A stretch of DNA of 64,000 bases from an uncultured Clostridium sp. (lineage in GTDB: Bacteria > Bacillota > Clostridia > TANB77 > CAG-508): assembly GCA_930991035.1 (NCBI GenBank), contig CAKNRV010000003.1:1097-65096 (forward strand), read 5' to 3'. Each line of letters starts with the position of its first letter. Position 1 is the first letter of the stretch. The notes under the pieces are model-generated. The model saw only the letters and a list, made by a program, of their open reading frames with translations, did not search any database and had not been told where the DNA came from. Below, one piece after another: positions 49,066-60,209 of this stretch. Position numbers and translations under genes: made by a program.

Positions 49066-49668
49066 TTATTGTCTCTTGTTCATTATTCCATCAATAAGTC
49101 CATATTGTAAAGCTTCTTCTGCTGTCATCCAGTGGTCCCTTTCTGTATCTTTTTCTATTGTTTCAATACTTTGACCTGTTCTATCACTTAATAATTTATT
49201 TAATTTTTCTCTTGTTTTAATCATATGCTCTGCCTGTATTTTTATTTCTGTTGTTTGTCCAGCAATACCATTTCCTCCAATTAATGGTTGGTGAATTAAT
49301 ATTTCTGCATTTGGTGTTGCAAATCTTTTGCCTTTTTCGCCATTTGCAAGTAACACTGCTCCAAAGCTTGCTGCCAATCCCACACATATTGTAGACACAG
49401 GACATTTTATATAATTCATAGTATCTACTATTCCCATTCCATCTGTAATAGAACCTCCTGGGCTATTAATATATAAGCTTATTTCTCTGTCTGGATCTTC
49501 TGATTCCAAAAATAGTAATTGAGCTATAACTAAACTTGCTGTTGTAGCATTTACATCTTCACCCAAAAATATAATTCTATCCTTTAATAATCTTGAGAAA
49601 ATATCATAAGATCTTTCTCCTTTAGCTGTTTGTTCTATAACATAAGGTACTAAACTGTTTCTTTCCAT
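49066..49668 (-). CDS. clpP: ATP-dependent Clp protease proteolytic subunit ClpP
   Basis: Start at ATG 49668 (AAGGAGGA upstream). [30 protein letters not shown], the catalytic Ser context GLAASFGA, and IHQP. Confidence 0.95.
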   Translation of the reverse strand: MERNSLVPYVIEQTAKGERSYDIFSRLLKDRIIFLGEDVNATTASLVIAQLLFLESEDPDREISLYINSPGGSITDGMGIVDTMNYIKCPVSTICVGLAASFGAVLLANGEKGKRFATPNAEILIHQPLIGGNGIAGQTTEIKIQAEHMIKTREKLNKLLSDRTGQSIETIEKDTERDHWMTAEEALQYGLIDGIMNKRQ

Positions 49669-49710
49669 TAAAATTCCTCCTTTATGAATTTTCTTTAAAT
49701 TCACATTGCT

Positions 49711-49740
49711 ATTATATACATTTTAATTTCAACTTGTCAA
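49711..49740 (-). promoter_or_regulatory. Sigma-A-type promoter of clpP-clpX
   Basis: The minus strand reads TTGACA (49735-49740), an 18-nt spacer, then TATAAT (49711-49716). The -35 lies inside a direct heptad repeat AAGTTGA-C-AAGTTGA. Confidence 0.6.
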
Positions 49741-49828
49741 CTTCAATGAAGGTTATTAAAATTTTTAAACTCTAATAATATAATTAAAACTTAAAACACT
49801 ACTAAATTAAGCAATTCTTTTCTTAGTC

Positions 49829-49886
49829 AAAAAAGTTAGCGGCAAAATGTATTTTACTAAATCAACTTTTCCCCCTAACTTTTTTC
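49829..49886 (-). terminator. Probable tig terminator (stem with a large loop)
   Basis: aaaaaagttagcgg pairs with cccctaactttttt (one mismatch). A T-run follows on the minus strand. Confidence 0.45.
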
Positions 49887-49939
49887 ATTTTTAGCTTTCT
49901 TTTTTACTCTATTTTTTACTTTTTATTATTTTTTCAAAC

Positions 49940-51232
49940 TTATTTCTTTTTAGCATTTTTTACTATAAACTCAATTGCCTTTTCTGTCTTTAAGTTTTCT
50001 TCAATATATTCTTTTAATTGTTCATTATTTAATAAGTCTTCTTCTTTTCTTCCATATTGTTTTGCCATTTCTTTTATTTTGTCTGTTATCTCTTCTGGTG
50101 TCACTTCTATTTTTTCTGCCTTAACAACAGCTTCTAATACTAATCTAGATTTAACAGACTTTTCAGCTTGCTCTTTGTAATTATTTCTAATATTTTCTTC
50201 TGATGTTCCCATCATTTGAACATATTGATGTAAATTCAATCCTTGATATGATAATCTTGTTTCAAGATCTCTTATCATAGCATCTATTTCCATTTCTATC
50301 ATTCCGTTTGGAATATCTATTTTAGTATTATCGCAAACTGCTTTTATGGCTTCTTCCTCTGTCTCATATTTTGCTTTGTTTGAGTTTTCTGTATCAAGTT
50401 TTTCTTTTATACTATTCTTCAATTCGTCTAAAGTTTCGAATTCACTTACATCTTTTGCAAAATCATCATCTATTTTTGGTAATTCTTTTTTCTGTATTGC
50501 ATTTACTTTTACTTTAAATACAGCATCTTTTCCAGCTAAATCTTTAGAGAAATAATCATCAGGGAATTTTACTTTTATATCTTTTTCTTCTCCAATTTTT
50601 ATTCCTATAACTTGGTCTTCAAATCCTGGTATAAATGTATTGCTTCCTATTTCTAATTCGTGATTTTCTGCTTTTCCACCTTCAAACTCTACTCCATCAA
50701 CAGAGCCAACAAAATCTATTGTTGCAATATCTCCTTTTTCTACTGGTCTGTCTTCAACAGTAACTAATCTTGCATTTCTCTCTGCTAGGTGTCCTAACTC
50801 GTGTTCTATATCTTTGTCAGATGTAGTATATTCAATTTTCTTGATTTCTATACCTTTATATTTACCAAGTTCAACTTCTGGTTTTGTTTCTACTGTTGCA
50901 GTAAATATTAATTCTTTTCCTTTTTCCATTTGTACTATATCTATGTTTGGCTTACTTACTGCTTCTACTTTATTTTCTTTTATTGCTTCGTCGTATATAT
51001 CTGGTACTAATTCATTAAAAGCATCTTCGTAAAATATAGCTGAGCCATATTGTCTTTCTACCAATTGCATTGGTGCCTTTCCTTTTCTAAAACCAGGTAT
51101 GCTAAAGTATTTTGCAGTTTTTGCATATACCTTTTTCATAGCTTCTTCAAATTTTTCTGCTTCAATATTAAATGTTAATTTTACTTCGTTTTTGTTTTCT
51201 GTGTTTTCTACTTTTACGTTCATATTATTCAT
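49940..51232 (-). CDS. tig: Trigger factor
   Basis: 430 aa with the ribosome-binding motif GFRKGKAP and a central FKBP-type PPIase segment (DFVGSVDGVEFEGG). It has the conserved position upstream of clpP-clpX. Confidence 0.95.
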   Translation of the reverse strand: MNNMNVKVENTENKNEVKLTFNIEAEKFEEAMKKVYAKTAKYFSIPGFRKGKAPMQLVERQYGSAIFYEDAFNELVPDIYDEAIKENKVEAVSKPNIDIVQMEKGKELIFTATVETKPEVELGKYKGIEIKKIEYTTSDKDIEHELGHLAERNARLVTVEDRPVEKGDIATIDFVGSVDGVEFEGGKAENHELEIGSNTFIPGFEDQVIGIKIGEEKDIKVKFPDDYFSKDLAGKDAVFKVKVNAIQKKELPKIDDDFAKDVSEFETLDELKNSIKEKLDTENSNKAKYETEEEAIKAVCDNTKIDIPNGMIEMEIDAMIRDLETRLSYQGLNLHQYVQMMGTSEENIRNNYKEQAEKSVKSRLVLEAVVKAEKIEVTPEEITDKIKEMAKQYGRKEEDLLNNEQLKEYIEENLKTEKAIEFIVKNAKKK

Positions 51233-51278
51233 CCTTTCTGATAATTTTCTAAAAGCCTATTTATTATATCATATTTTT

Positions 51279-51524
51279 TTAATTTTGCAATAGGTTACTT
51301 GTATTTTCTTCCAGTATCTCATTTGTTTCATTAGTTTCGTCGAATCTATTAACAAAATAGTTTTCTACTCTTTCAAATTCTTGATCTAATTTTTGATTCT
51401 CCCTTAAGATTAATTCTTTTGTTTGCTCAACTCCATAAACTAAAAGCGTAGTAGCAATTGCAAATATTAATATTACTCCTAAAAACAAAGGTATATTTAA
51501 TTCTATCTCTTTTTTTAAGTTCAT
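51279..51524 (-). CDS. Small membrane-anchored hypothetical protein
   Basis: 81 aa with one N-terminal TM helix (IPLFLGVILIFAIATTLLVYGV). Confidence 0.5.
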   Translation of the reverse strand: MNLKKEIELNIPLFLGVILIFAIATTLLVYGVEQTKELILRENQKLDQEFERVENYFVNRFDETNETNEILEENTSNLLQN

Positions 51525-51547
51525 ATATCCCTATATCTCCTAACATT

Positions 51548-52252
51548 TTATACATTTATTAAATCAAATTTTAAATAATCTGCACTTATTAGTTTGTATT
51601 GTATTCCATCTATTCCGCCTTCTATCGCATCATTATGTGATGTTCCGTGTAAATGGCCATAATAGCACTTTGTTATATTATATTTTTGAAGTAATTTAAC
51701 AAATTCATTTTTGTTATTTGAAGCTACATCATTTTTATTTATTGGAGGATAATGCATAAAAGCTATTATTTCTTTATCATTACCGTATCTTTTTAAGCCG
51801 TCATTAATTGATAATTCTAATCTTGCGCATTCCCTTTTTATCATTTTGCTATCTTCTTCTGTATCAAGAATATTCCATCCTCTAGTTCCCACTATAATTT
51901 TGTCTTCCACTAAGTAGCTATTATTATACAGAAAATATATATTTGAAAACTTATTTTCTTCTATAAACTCCTGCATTTTTTTTAAAGTCGTCCACCAGTA
52001 GTCGTGATTGCCTTTAAGAAGTATTTTCTTACCTGGTAGAGAATTCAAATATTCAAAGTCCAGTTTTGTATCTTCCAAATACATAGCCCACGAAAAATCC
52101 CCTGGTAAAATTACTGTGTCACCATTTTTTACTTTTTTTATCCAATTATTTTTTATTTTTTCTGCGTGATTTTCCCAATTGCTTCCAAATATGTCCATAG
52201 GCTTATCATTCAGAAAAGATAAATGCAAATCAGCTATTACATAAATTGCCAT
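51548..52252 (-). CDS. Metallophosphoesterase family protein
   Basis: Motifs IADLHL, PGDFSW, KGNHDYWW and GHLHG. Confidence 0.85.
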   Translation of the reverse strand: MAIYVIADLHLSFLNDKPMDIFGSNWENHAEKIKNNWIKKVKNGDTVILPGDFSWAMYLEDTKLDFEYLNSLPGKKILLKGNHDYWWTTLKKMQEFIEENKFSNIYFLYNNSYLVEDKIIVGTRGWNILDTEEDSKMIKRECARLELSINDGLKRYGNDKEIIAFMHYPPINKNDVASNNKNEFVKLLQKYNITKCYYGHLHGTSHNDAIEGGIDGIQYKLISADYLKFDLINV

Positions 52253-52321
52253 TTTAACTATTCCTTTCTTGTCTAAGCAAATTTGATCAACCGTCTTTTG
52301 TACTTTTTTAATTTTATGAAG

Positions 52322-53329
52322 TTATTTTTGTTTACATTCATTACTAATTTTCAAGTTTGGAACAGCATTTAATTTTAAGTCTGAAATTATTCCTGATATG
52401 TATCTGTAATATCCTGCTGATGCAATCATTGCTGCATTATCTGTGCAAAGTATTGGATTTGGATAACAAATATTGTATCCTTCTTTTTTTAACTCTTCAA
52501 ATTTTGCTCTAATGTATGAATTTGCAGATACTCCACCAGCTAATGCGATTGTATGTATTTTTAATTCTTTTGCAGCTATCAAAGTTTTTTCTAATAAAAT
52601 ATCTGTTACATATTTTTCAAAGCTTGCACATAGATCTGCTTTATTTATATCTGGATTTTTATGGTGCAAATTTATTATAGCTGTTTTTACTCCACTAAAG
52701 CTAAAATCTAGACCATCTATATGAGTTTTTGGAAGTACAATATTTGCTTGTCCATCTTTTGCAAGTTTGTCTACTTTTGGTCCCCCTGGATACCCCAAGC
52801 CAATTACTCTTGCGACTTTATCAAAAGCTTCTCCTATTGCATCATCCCTTGTCTTTCCTAAAATTTCGAATTTATCATAATCCTCTATTTTTACTAAATG
52901 CGTGTGCCCCCCTGATATTATTAAACATAAAAATGGAGGCTTTAAATCTTTATGTGAAATATAATTTGCAGCAATATGTCCTTCAATATGGTTTGTTCCA
53001 GTTAAAGGCTTATTTAGTGCATAGCTTAAAGCCTTAGCATACGAAACTCCCACCAATAAAGCTCCTACTAGCCCAGGTCCATAAGTAACTGCTATATTAT
53101 CTATTTGTTCAAAAGTTATTTTAGCTTCTTCTAATGCCAATTTTGTCACATCAGAAATAGCTTCTATATGTCTTCTAGAAGCTATTTCTGGTACGACACC
53201 ACCAAATTTTTCGTGTATTTTTATTTGTGAATTTATTACGTTGGACAAAACTTCTCTTCCGTCTTTCACAACCGCAACAGAAGTTTCGTCACAACTTGAT
53301 TCAATTCCTAATGTAATTATTTGTTTCAT
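52322..53329 (-). CDS. tsaD: tRNA N6-adenosine threonylcarbamoyltransferase TsaD
   Basis: [16 protein letters not shown] at the N-terminus, NHIEGHI metal-binding motif, 335 aa. Confidence 0.93.
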   Translation of the reverse strand: MKQIITLGIESSCDETSVAVVKDGREVLSNVINSQIKIHEKFGGVVPEIASRRHIEAISDVTKLALEEAKITFEQIDNIAVTYGPGLVGALLVGVSYAKALSYALNKPLTGTNHIEGHIAANYISHKDLKPPFLCLIISGGHTHLVKIEDYDKFEILGKTRDDAIGEAFDKVARVIGLGYPGGPKVDKLAKDGQANIVLPKTHIDGLDFSFSGVKTAIINLHHKNPDINKADLCASFEKYVTDILLEKTLIAAKELKIHTIALAGGVSANSYIRAKFEELKKEGYNICYPNPILCTDNAAMIASAGYYRYISGIISDLKLNAVPNLKISNECKQK

Positions 53330-53339
53330 TTCTGCTCCT

Positions 53340-54095
53340 TTACATTAACCCAAACATTGACAAGAATAAGTTCGTAATTCCGTTGTTTATTATAGAAATT
53401 AAAGGTGAGATTATTAAACTTAGTATTCCTACAATCCATAAAGCAATAAAAATAAGTTCAAATATTTGGCTATGTGAGTCAAGCCAGTTTCTTGCATTAT
53501 ATGGTAAAAAGCCACTTAATATTTTTGAGCCATCAAGTGGAGGTAATGGAATTAAGTTAAATACGCCAAGTCCTATATTTATTGAAATTATGCTCATAAC
53601 AATTTGAGCCACCACTCTCCACATCTCACTAGTTGCAAAAATATCTCCACCCACCACGTACAAATCTGGTACAAATTTTATCATTAAACATAGCACAATT
53701 TCAAACAAAATTGCTAAAATAAAATTCATTATTGGTCCAGCTGCTGCTACTATTGCTTCTGCTTTATTTAAAGAAATATCTCTATTAAAATTTCTTGGAT
53801 TTATTTCAACAGGTTTTCCCCATCCAAATCCAGCAAATACAAGCATTATAGTACCAAACAAATCTAAATGAGTAAATGGATTTAAACTAAGCCTGCCTTG
53901 TCTTCTAGGAGTATCGTCTCCCAATTTATCTGCCGCAAAAGCATGAGCAAACTCGTGAAATGTAATTGCAATCAGTATTCCTGGAATTGTAATTACAAAT
54001 GCTTTTAATGCTCCTTGTTGCGAGAATAGCGACATACCTGCACTAAATAGCATTAATGCTATAATTAAAAATATTAATCTTTTATCAATATACAT
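53340..54095 (-). CDS. Site-2 protease family (peptidase M50) membrane metalloprotease
   Basis: HEFAHAFAA (HExxH inside a TM helix) and the later [13 protein letters not shown] motif. Confidence 0.85.
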   Translation of the reverse strand: MYIDKRLIFLIIALMLFSAGMSLFSQQGALKAFVITIPGILIAITFHEFAHAFAADKLGDDTPRRQGRLSLNPFTHLDLFGTIMLVFAGFGWGKPVEINPRNFNRDISLNKAEAIVAAAGPIMNFILAILFEIVLCLMIKFVPDLYVVGGDIFATSEMWRVVAQIVMSIISINIGLGVFNLIPLPPLDGSKILSGFLPYNARNWLDSHSQIFELIFIALWIVGILSLIISPLISIINNGITNLFLSMFGLM

Positions 54096-54149
54096 ACCAA
54101 AATCCTTTTCTAAATAAATTCAAGTACACTCCCCTTTATTTATATACTT

Positions 54150-55685
<1,536 letters not shown>

Positions 55686-55745
55686 TTACATTATTAATTT
55701 ACGTTTAATATTATATACTATTTTATTTTTTTTGTAAACCATTTT

Positions 55746-57374
55746 TTACGACGCCTTTCTTAATTCTTTTGCGTGAGCAATAGAAATATCTGTAACATCG
55801 CCTGAAGATATTCGTGCAATTTCTTTTATTGTCTCTTCCTCATTTAATTGTCTTATTTCTGTATATGTTTTATCTTGTTTTGTTGATTTGCTTATAAAAT
55901 AGTTGTATTTTCCTTTTGCTGCAATTGCTGCCGAATGAGTTACTACCATAACTTGGTGATTGTTCGAAATAGTTTTTAGCTTTTCTCCAACAGCTTTTGC
56001 TGCTTTTCCACTTATACCTGTGTCAATCTCGTCAAAGACTAATGTATGTACTTTATCAACATCAGCAAGTACTGTTTTTATTGCAAGCATTACTCTCGAC
56101 ATTTCTCCACCTGACGCAATTTTAGCTAGCTCTTTTTCTTCTTCTCCTCTATTTGTACAAATCATAAAATCTACTTTATCCAATCCATTGCTATTAAATT
56201 TTTCTTCAGATATTTTTTCCACATTTACACGTAATCTAGCATTGCTCATTTCTAAGTCTTTTAATTCTCTATTAATTTTGTCTGATAAAATAGTTGCATA
56301 TTCATTTCTGTACAAATTCATTTTTTGGCATAGTTCTAGCATTTGCTTTTTTACAGAGTCTTTTTCTTGTTTTAATCTATTATTAATTTCGTCTACATTT
56401 TCTATCTCTTCTATTTCTTTTTCTAGTTTCTCACTATAATCCAAAATTTCCTCTATGCTATTTCCATATTTTCTCTTTAAAGAAAATATTTCGTCCAATC
56501 TTTGCTCTATATTGTTTCTTTCTTGGTCGTCAAAATATATTTCTTCTTTCATATCTGCTATATCTCTAGCTATTTCCTGAATTTCATAATACGCACTTTT
56601 TAGTTCTGTAAGTTTTTCTTCATATTTTTCTCCATAGCTTGCAATTCTTTCTAGGCATCTAATTGAATTAGATATACTTTCTATTCCTTGATTATTTAAA
56701 CTATCGTCTATCTCTTGCAAATTTTCCTGCAACTTTTCAGAGTTTTTCATAAGGTTATGCTCTTCTTGCAGTTTTATGTCCTCTCCTATTTTTAGTTTAG
56801 CATTTTTTATTTCTTTTAGTTGATAGTTTAGCAAATCTAACCTTCTTTCTTTTTCCTTATCGTCTCCATAATTCTTTTTCAATTCAGCATTTATTTCATT
56901 ATATCTATTAAACAATTCTACATACTCAAACTTTAAATCTAATATTTTATTTCCTATAAAATCGTCTAAATAATATATATGTTTTGCTGGATTTAACAGA
57001 TTCTGATTATCTTGCTGTCCGTGAATGTTTATATTATCAGCCATAAACTCTTTTAGTTCATTTACTGTTACAAGTCTTCCATTAATTTTACACGAGTTTC
57101 TGCCATTTGAATAAATCTCTCTAGAAACTATTACACTTCCATCTATTGCTTGACTATTTTGAGGGCACCATAAGCTAGCTTCTACAAAAGAATATTTTTC
57201 TCCATTTCTAATCATATCTTTTGAAAATCTGCCTCCAGAAATTACACCAAGAGCCCCTATAATAAGAGTTTTACCTGCTCCTGTTTCACCAGTAAGTACA
57301 TTTAATCCTTCATTAAAATCTATTGTTAAATCTTCTATAATTCCTATATTTTTTATATGCAAAGTAGATATCAT
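55746..57374 (-). CDS. recN: DNA repair protein RecN
   Basis: MISTLHIKNIGIIEDLTIDFNEGLNVLTGETGAGKTLII (SMC-like Walker A), a long coiled coil, and C-terminal SGGEMSRVMLA / LVFDEIDTGISG. Confidence 0.9.
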   Translation of the reverse strand: MISTLHIKNIGIIEDLTIDFNEGLNVLTGETGAGKTLIIGALGVISGGRFSKDMIRNGEKYSFVEASLWCPQNSQAIDGSVIVSREIYSNGRNSCKINGRLVTVNELKEFMADNINIHGQQDNQNLLNPAKHIYYLDDFIGNKILDLKFEYVELFNRYNEINAELKKNYGDDKEKERRLDLLNYQLKEIKNAKLKIGEDIKLQEEHNLMKNSEKLQENLQEIDDSLNNQGIESISNSIRCLERIASYGEKYEEKLTELKSAYYEIQEIARDIADMKEEIYFDDQERNNIEQRLDEIFSLKRKYGNSIEEILDYSEKLEKEIEEIENVDEINNRLKQEKDSVKKQMLELCQKMNLYRNEYATILSDKINRELKDLEMSNARLRVNVEKISEEKFNSNGLDKVDFMICTNRGEEEKELAKIASGGEMSRVMLAIKTVLADVDKVHTLVFDEIDTGISGKAAKAVGEKLKTISNNHQVMVVTHSAAIAAKGKYNYFISKSTKQDKTYTEIRQLNEEETIKEIARISSGDVTDISIAHAKELRKAS

Positions 57375-57410
57375 AGCGAACCTCCATAAACCAAAATATT
57401 GTTCGCTATT

Positions 57411-57439
57411 ATTCTACAACCAGTTGTTCGTTTTGTCAA
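57411..57439 (-). promoter_or_regulatory. Near-consensus sigma-A promoter of recN
   Basis: The minus strand reads TTGACA (57434-57439), a 17-nt spacer, then TAGAAT (57411-57416). CGAAC half-sites (57426-57430 and 57401-05, minus sense) lie in the spacer and just downstream. Confidence 0.6.
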
Positions 57440-57442
57440 GAG

Positions 57443-57487
57443 TTTTTTTAAATTCAAGGAAATGCAATTTCCTTGAATTTAAAAAAC
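57443..57487. terminator. Perfect 21-bp-stem palindrome (bidirectional terminator geometry)
   Basis: TTTTTTTAAATTCAAGGAAAT gca ATTTCCTTGAATTTAAAAAA. Confidence 0.7.
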
Positions 57488-57585
57488 AGCTGAAATCGCT
57501 ATCGCCTTTGAGATTTCCTCCTTTTAGTCGGAAACTCAAATCGGCACGAACAAAGAGCGACTTCGTCGCTTTGTTCTTTGTAAAA

Positions 57586-57610
57586 GCGAAACAATGTTAT
57601 ATTGTTTCGC
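57586..57610 (-). terminator. Intrinsic terminator directly after the 784-aa gene
   Basis: gcgaaacaat (57586-57595) pairs with attgtttcgc (57601-57610). On the minus strand it is followed by TTTTAC. Confidence 0.6.
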
Positions 57611-57621
57611 AAAAAATATAC

Positions 57622-59976
57622 TTACTCGCACTCATTGTACTCGTAAATTCTAATTTCTTTAGTTGCATACTCAAACTCATCCACTTTATAATTTATGTAA
57701 AAGCTCTCTTCCTTTTCAAACTCAATTTTAATTTTATTCACATCCATCAACATTTCCGAAGATAAGTCCATACCAACAGGTAATGTTTTGTTGAAATTAT
57801 CATAAAATATTATATTTGTATAAAATACTGCTGGTGCATTTTCTTTTATATTTATCTTGCATAAAGTAATTTTGGTTTTTTTACTTGATAATTCCTTTTC
57901 TATTTCATTTCGTGGATTTATATTAAATATATTCAGTCCTTCTATACTTTTTTTGCTTGTTAGGCAATATACCGACATTTCCAATGGTGACTTTATTTTG
58001 TTAAGCGATTCTTTTATATAATTCATATAATTTTCTAGATTTTCTGTATATACTTTTATATCAGTATCCATATTAATATTTAATATTTTGTATTTGTCTT
58101 TCTCTACTTCTCTGTGCTTAGTATTATTTATAGCTTTTATTTTTGTGTGGTCATCCACCATTGCTCCAAATATGTCAAAGTCTTTAGCTTGAATTTCTTC
58201 GCTATTTTTTTCATATTCTTTTTTTAATCTTGCTAAATCCTTTTCCAAAGAAGTAACCTTGCCACCTTTTTTATTTTTTACTTCTTCCTCTTCTTTTTCC
58301 TCGTATACTTCAATTGCAGTATCGTTTTCCTTTTCTTTTTCTAATTCTTTAAAAGAATCTGGAACCTGCTTTATTGCAAATATTGCATCTGTTTCATTTT
58401 TCGACAATTTTCTTCTTTGCATCTCGTCCATTTTTTTGCCTAAATCTTCTAAATCGTCCTCAAAATCAAAGAATTTTTTCATTTTAACTTTTTCTTCTTG
58501 TTCTTGCTCTTCCGCTTCTTGCAATGTTTGAGTTTCGTCCTTGCTTGTAAATTTCCAGAACTCAAAAATACTCTTTTTGTGTTTGTCTATTTCTTTTATG
58601 TATAAATCTGCATTATCAATCTTTTTAGACAAAATATTACTTTTGGTTTCAATTGCTTTTATATCTAAATTTAGGTTTGTATTTTCCTTAACTACACTTT
58701 CTAACTTTGTACAAATATTTATTAAATCTTCTATTGTATATTGTTGTTTTAATTCATACAAAGCATCTAGTGACTCGTCTTTTTTCTCTTCTTCTACTCT
58801 TTCTTTTTTTATTGGTTTTGGAGCCACTTTTACATCCTTTTTCTTTTTAAAGAAATATTTTACCTTTCCAAAAAAGCTTTTTCTACATTCCAAAAAAGTG
58901 GCAATTTGTTTTTGCCTTAAAAGATAATCTTGTGTAAGGTCTTCTACAATTACTTTAAACTTATTTAATTTTCTTTTTAATTCCTTTTGCTCTTTTTCTT
59001 CGCACTTTAATCTATCTATTTTATCTAAATATTCTAATCTAATATATTCAGAAAGTCCGCTATACTCTATTTTTGTATTTTTATGCCAAAACTCTATATC
59101 TCCTCTTTTATTAATTGCTGTTGTAAACTGGTATTCTTCCTTTGCACCAGTAGATAATATAAACATTGCTTTTAAAGTTTTATATAATTCCATTGCCTCT
59201 GATTTACTGTCTAAACTTATAACATATGTGCTTTTTATTTTTTGATATACATTAGTTTTTCCAACAATTTTCATAAAAGGATTACCTTTTTTATCAAATA
59301 TTTCGTACACATTTGGCCAATCTTTTGTAAAATACCATAAATAATTTTCTATATCTGCAATTTCACTTTTTGTTAAAATTGCTCCTGAATACTCCTCACA
59401 ACTTACAGGTGCAAAAATAAATCTACCCTTTTTGGCTCTAGTATTTGCAATTTGTTCTTTTAACAAATAAAAAAGTGCATTATTATCTTGTTCATTTACT
59501 GTAACAAGCATAAAGTATTTTTTTGCCACATCTGAATAATATATTTGCCATATATAGTTATTTGGATATTTTACTTCATACGGAATTCTATCATTTAATT
59601 TATCTTGTTCCTTTGATATTTCCTCTATTCTATTTTTATCTAGCGTTGATAACATTTTTAAGAAATTTGCAAATTTTTCTATATTTTCTTCACTTTTTGA
59701 ATCTAAATATTCGCAAATAGGACTTGCTAATTTATATCTTTCTTTTAGTTCCATTAATCTATCTGACGGAGTTATTAATACTTCTATATCTTTGATATTT
59801 ATGTATTTATATACCTTATATACTGTATCGTCATACGATTTAGAAGGTCTAAAATTTAGGTTTTCATATTGTTTTAAAAAAGTTGGCAACTTATTTAATT
59901 TTAGCCCAATATATTCTAAATTTTTTTCGATTGTTTTTTCTGCTTCTTTTGTAGTTCTAGCCATACTTAATCTCAT
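57622..59976 (-). CDS. Large (784 aa) uncharacterised cytoplasmic protein with a central K/E-rich coiled-coil region
   Basis: Long uninterrupted ORF. No TM helix, signal peptide or catalytic motif recognised. The start is ambiguous (59976 or ATG 59964). Confidence 0.7.
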   Translation of the reverse strand: MRLSMARTTKEAEKTIEKNLEYIGLKLNKLPTFLKQYENLNFRPSKSYDDTVYKVYKYINIKDIEVLITPSDRLMELKERYKLASPICEYLDSKSEENIEKFANFLKMLSTLDKNRIEEISKEQDKLNDRIPYEVKYPNNYIWQIYYSDVAKKYFMLVTVNEQDNNALFYLLKEQIANTRAKKGRFIFAPVSCEEYSGAILTKSEIADIENYLWYFTKDWPNVYEIFDKKGNPFMKIVGKTNVYQKIKSTYVISLDSKSEAMELYKTLKAMFILSTGAKEEYQFTTAINKRGDIEFWHKNTKIEYSGLSEYIRLEYLDKIDRLKCEEKEQKELKRKLNKFKVIVEDLTQDYLLRQKQIATFLECRKSFFGKVKYFFKKKKDVKVAPKPIKKERVEEEKKDESLDALYELKQQYTIEDLINICTKLESVVKENTNLNLDIKAIETKSNILSKKIDNADLYIKEIDKHKKSIFEFWKFTSKDETQTLQEAEEQEQEEKVKMKKFFDFEDDLEDLGKKMDEMQRRKLSKNETDAIFAIKQVPDSFKELEKEKENDTAIEVYEEKEEEEVKNKKGGKVTSLEKDLARLKKEYEKNSEEIQAKDFDIFGAMVDDHTKIKAINNTKHREVEKDKYKILNINMDTDIKVYTENLENYMNYIKESLNKIKSPLEMSVYCLTSKKSIEGLNIFNINPRNEIEKELSSKKTKITLCKINIKENAPAVFYTNIIFYDNFNKTLPVGMDLSSEMLMDVNKIKIEFEKEESFYINYKVDEFEYATKEIRIYEYNECE

Positions 59977-60140
59977 TCCTTCCTACATTAAATGTCCTTA
60001 TATAATTGTAATTAATTTACTTTAACTTTTCTATTTCCTTATTTTTACATTTAGTATTATACCATAAGTTATGTTATTATTCTATACTTATTAAAAATAA
60101 ATTTAGACTATTTTTTGTGAAGCAATAACTTGAACAATTG

Positions 60141-60178
60141 CACAAAAACAAAACCCAAGAAAGTCTTCCCAGGTTTTG
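60141..60178 (-). terminator. Probable terminator of the RelA/SpoT-like gene
   Basis: The minus-strand RNA AAAACCUGGGAAGACUUUCUUGGGUUUU (with G-U pairs) is followed by GUUUUUGUG. Confidence 0.45.
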
Positions 60179-60209
60179 TACTTCTTTTTGATAACATTTT
60201 AGCTAAGTG

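Noticed and set aside
57424-57765. 113-aa plus-strand ORF
   Set aside because: It spans four hairpins and the 3' end of the 784-aa gene. It has no RBS and a low-complexity translation.
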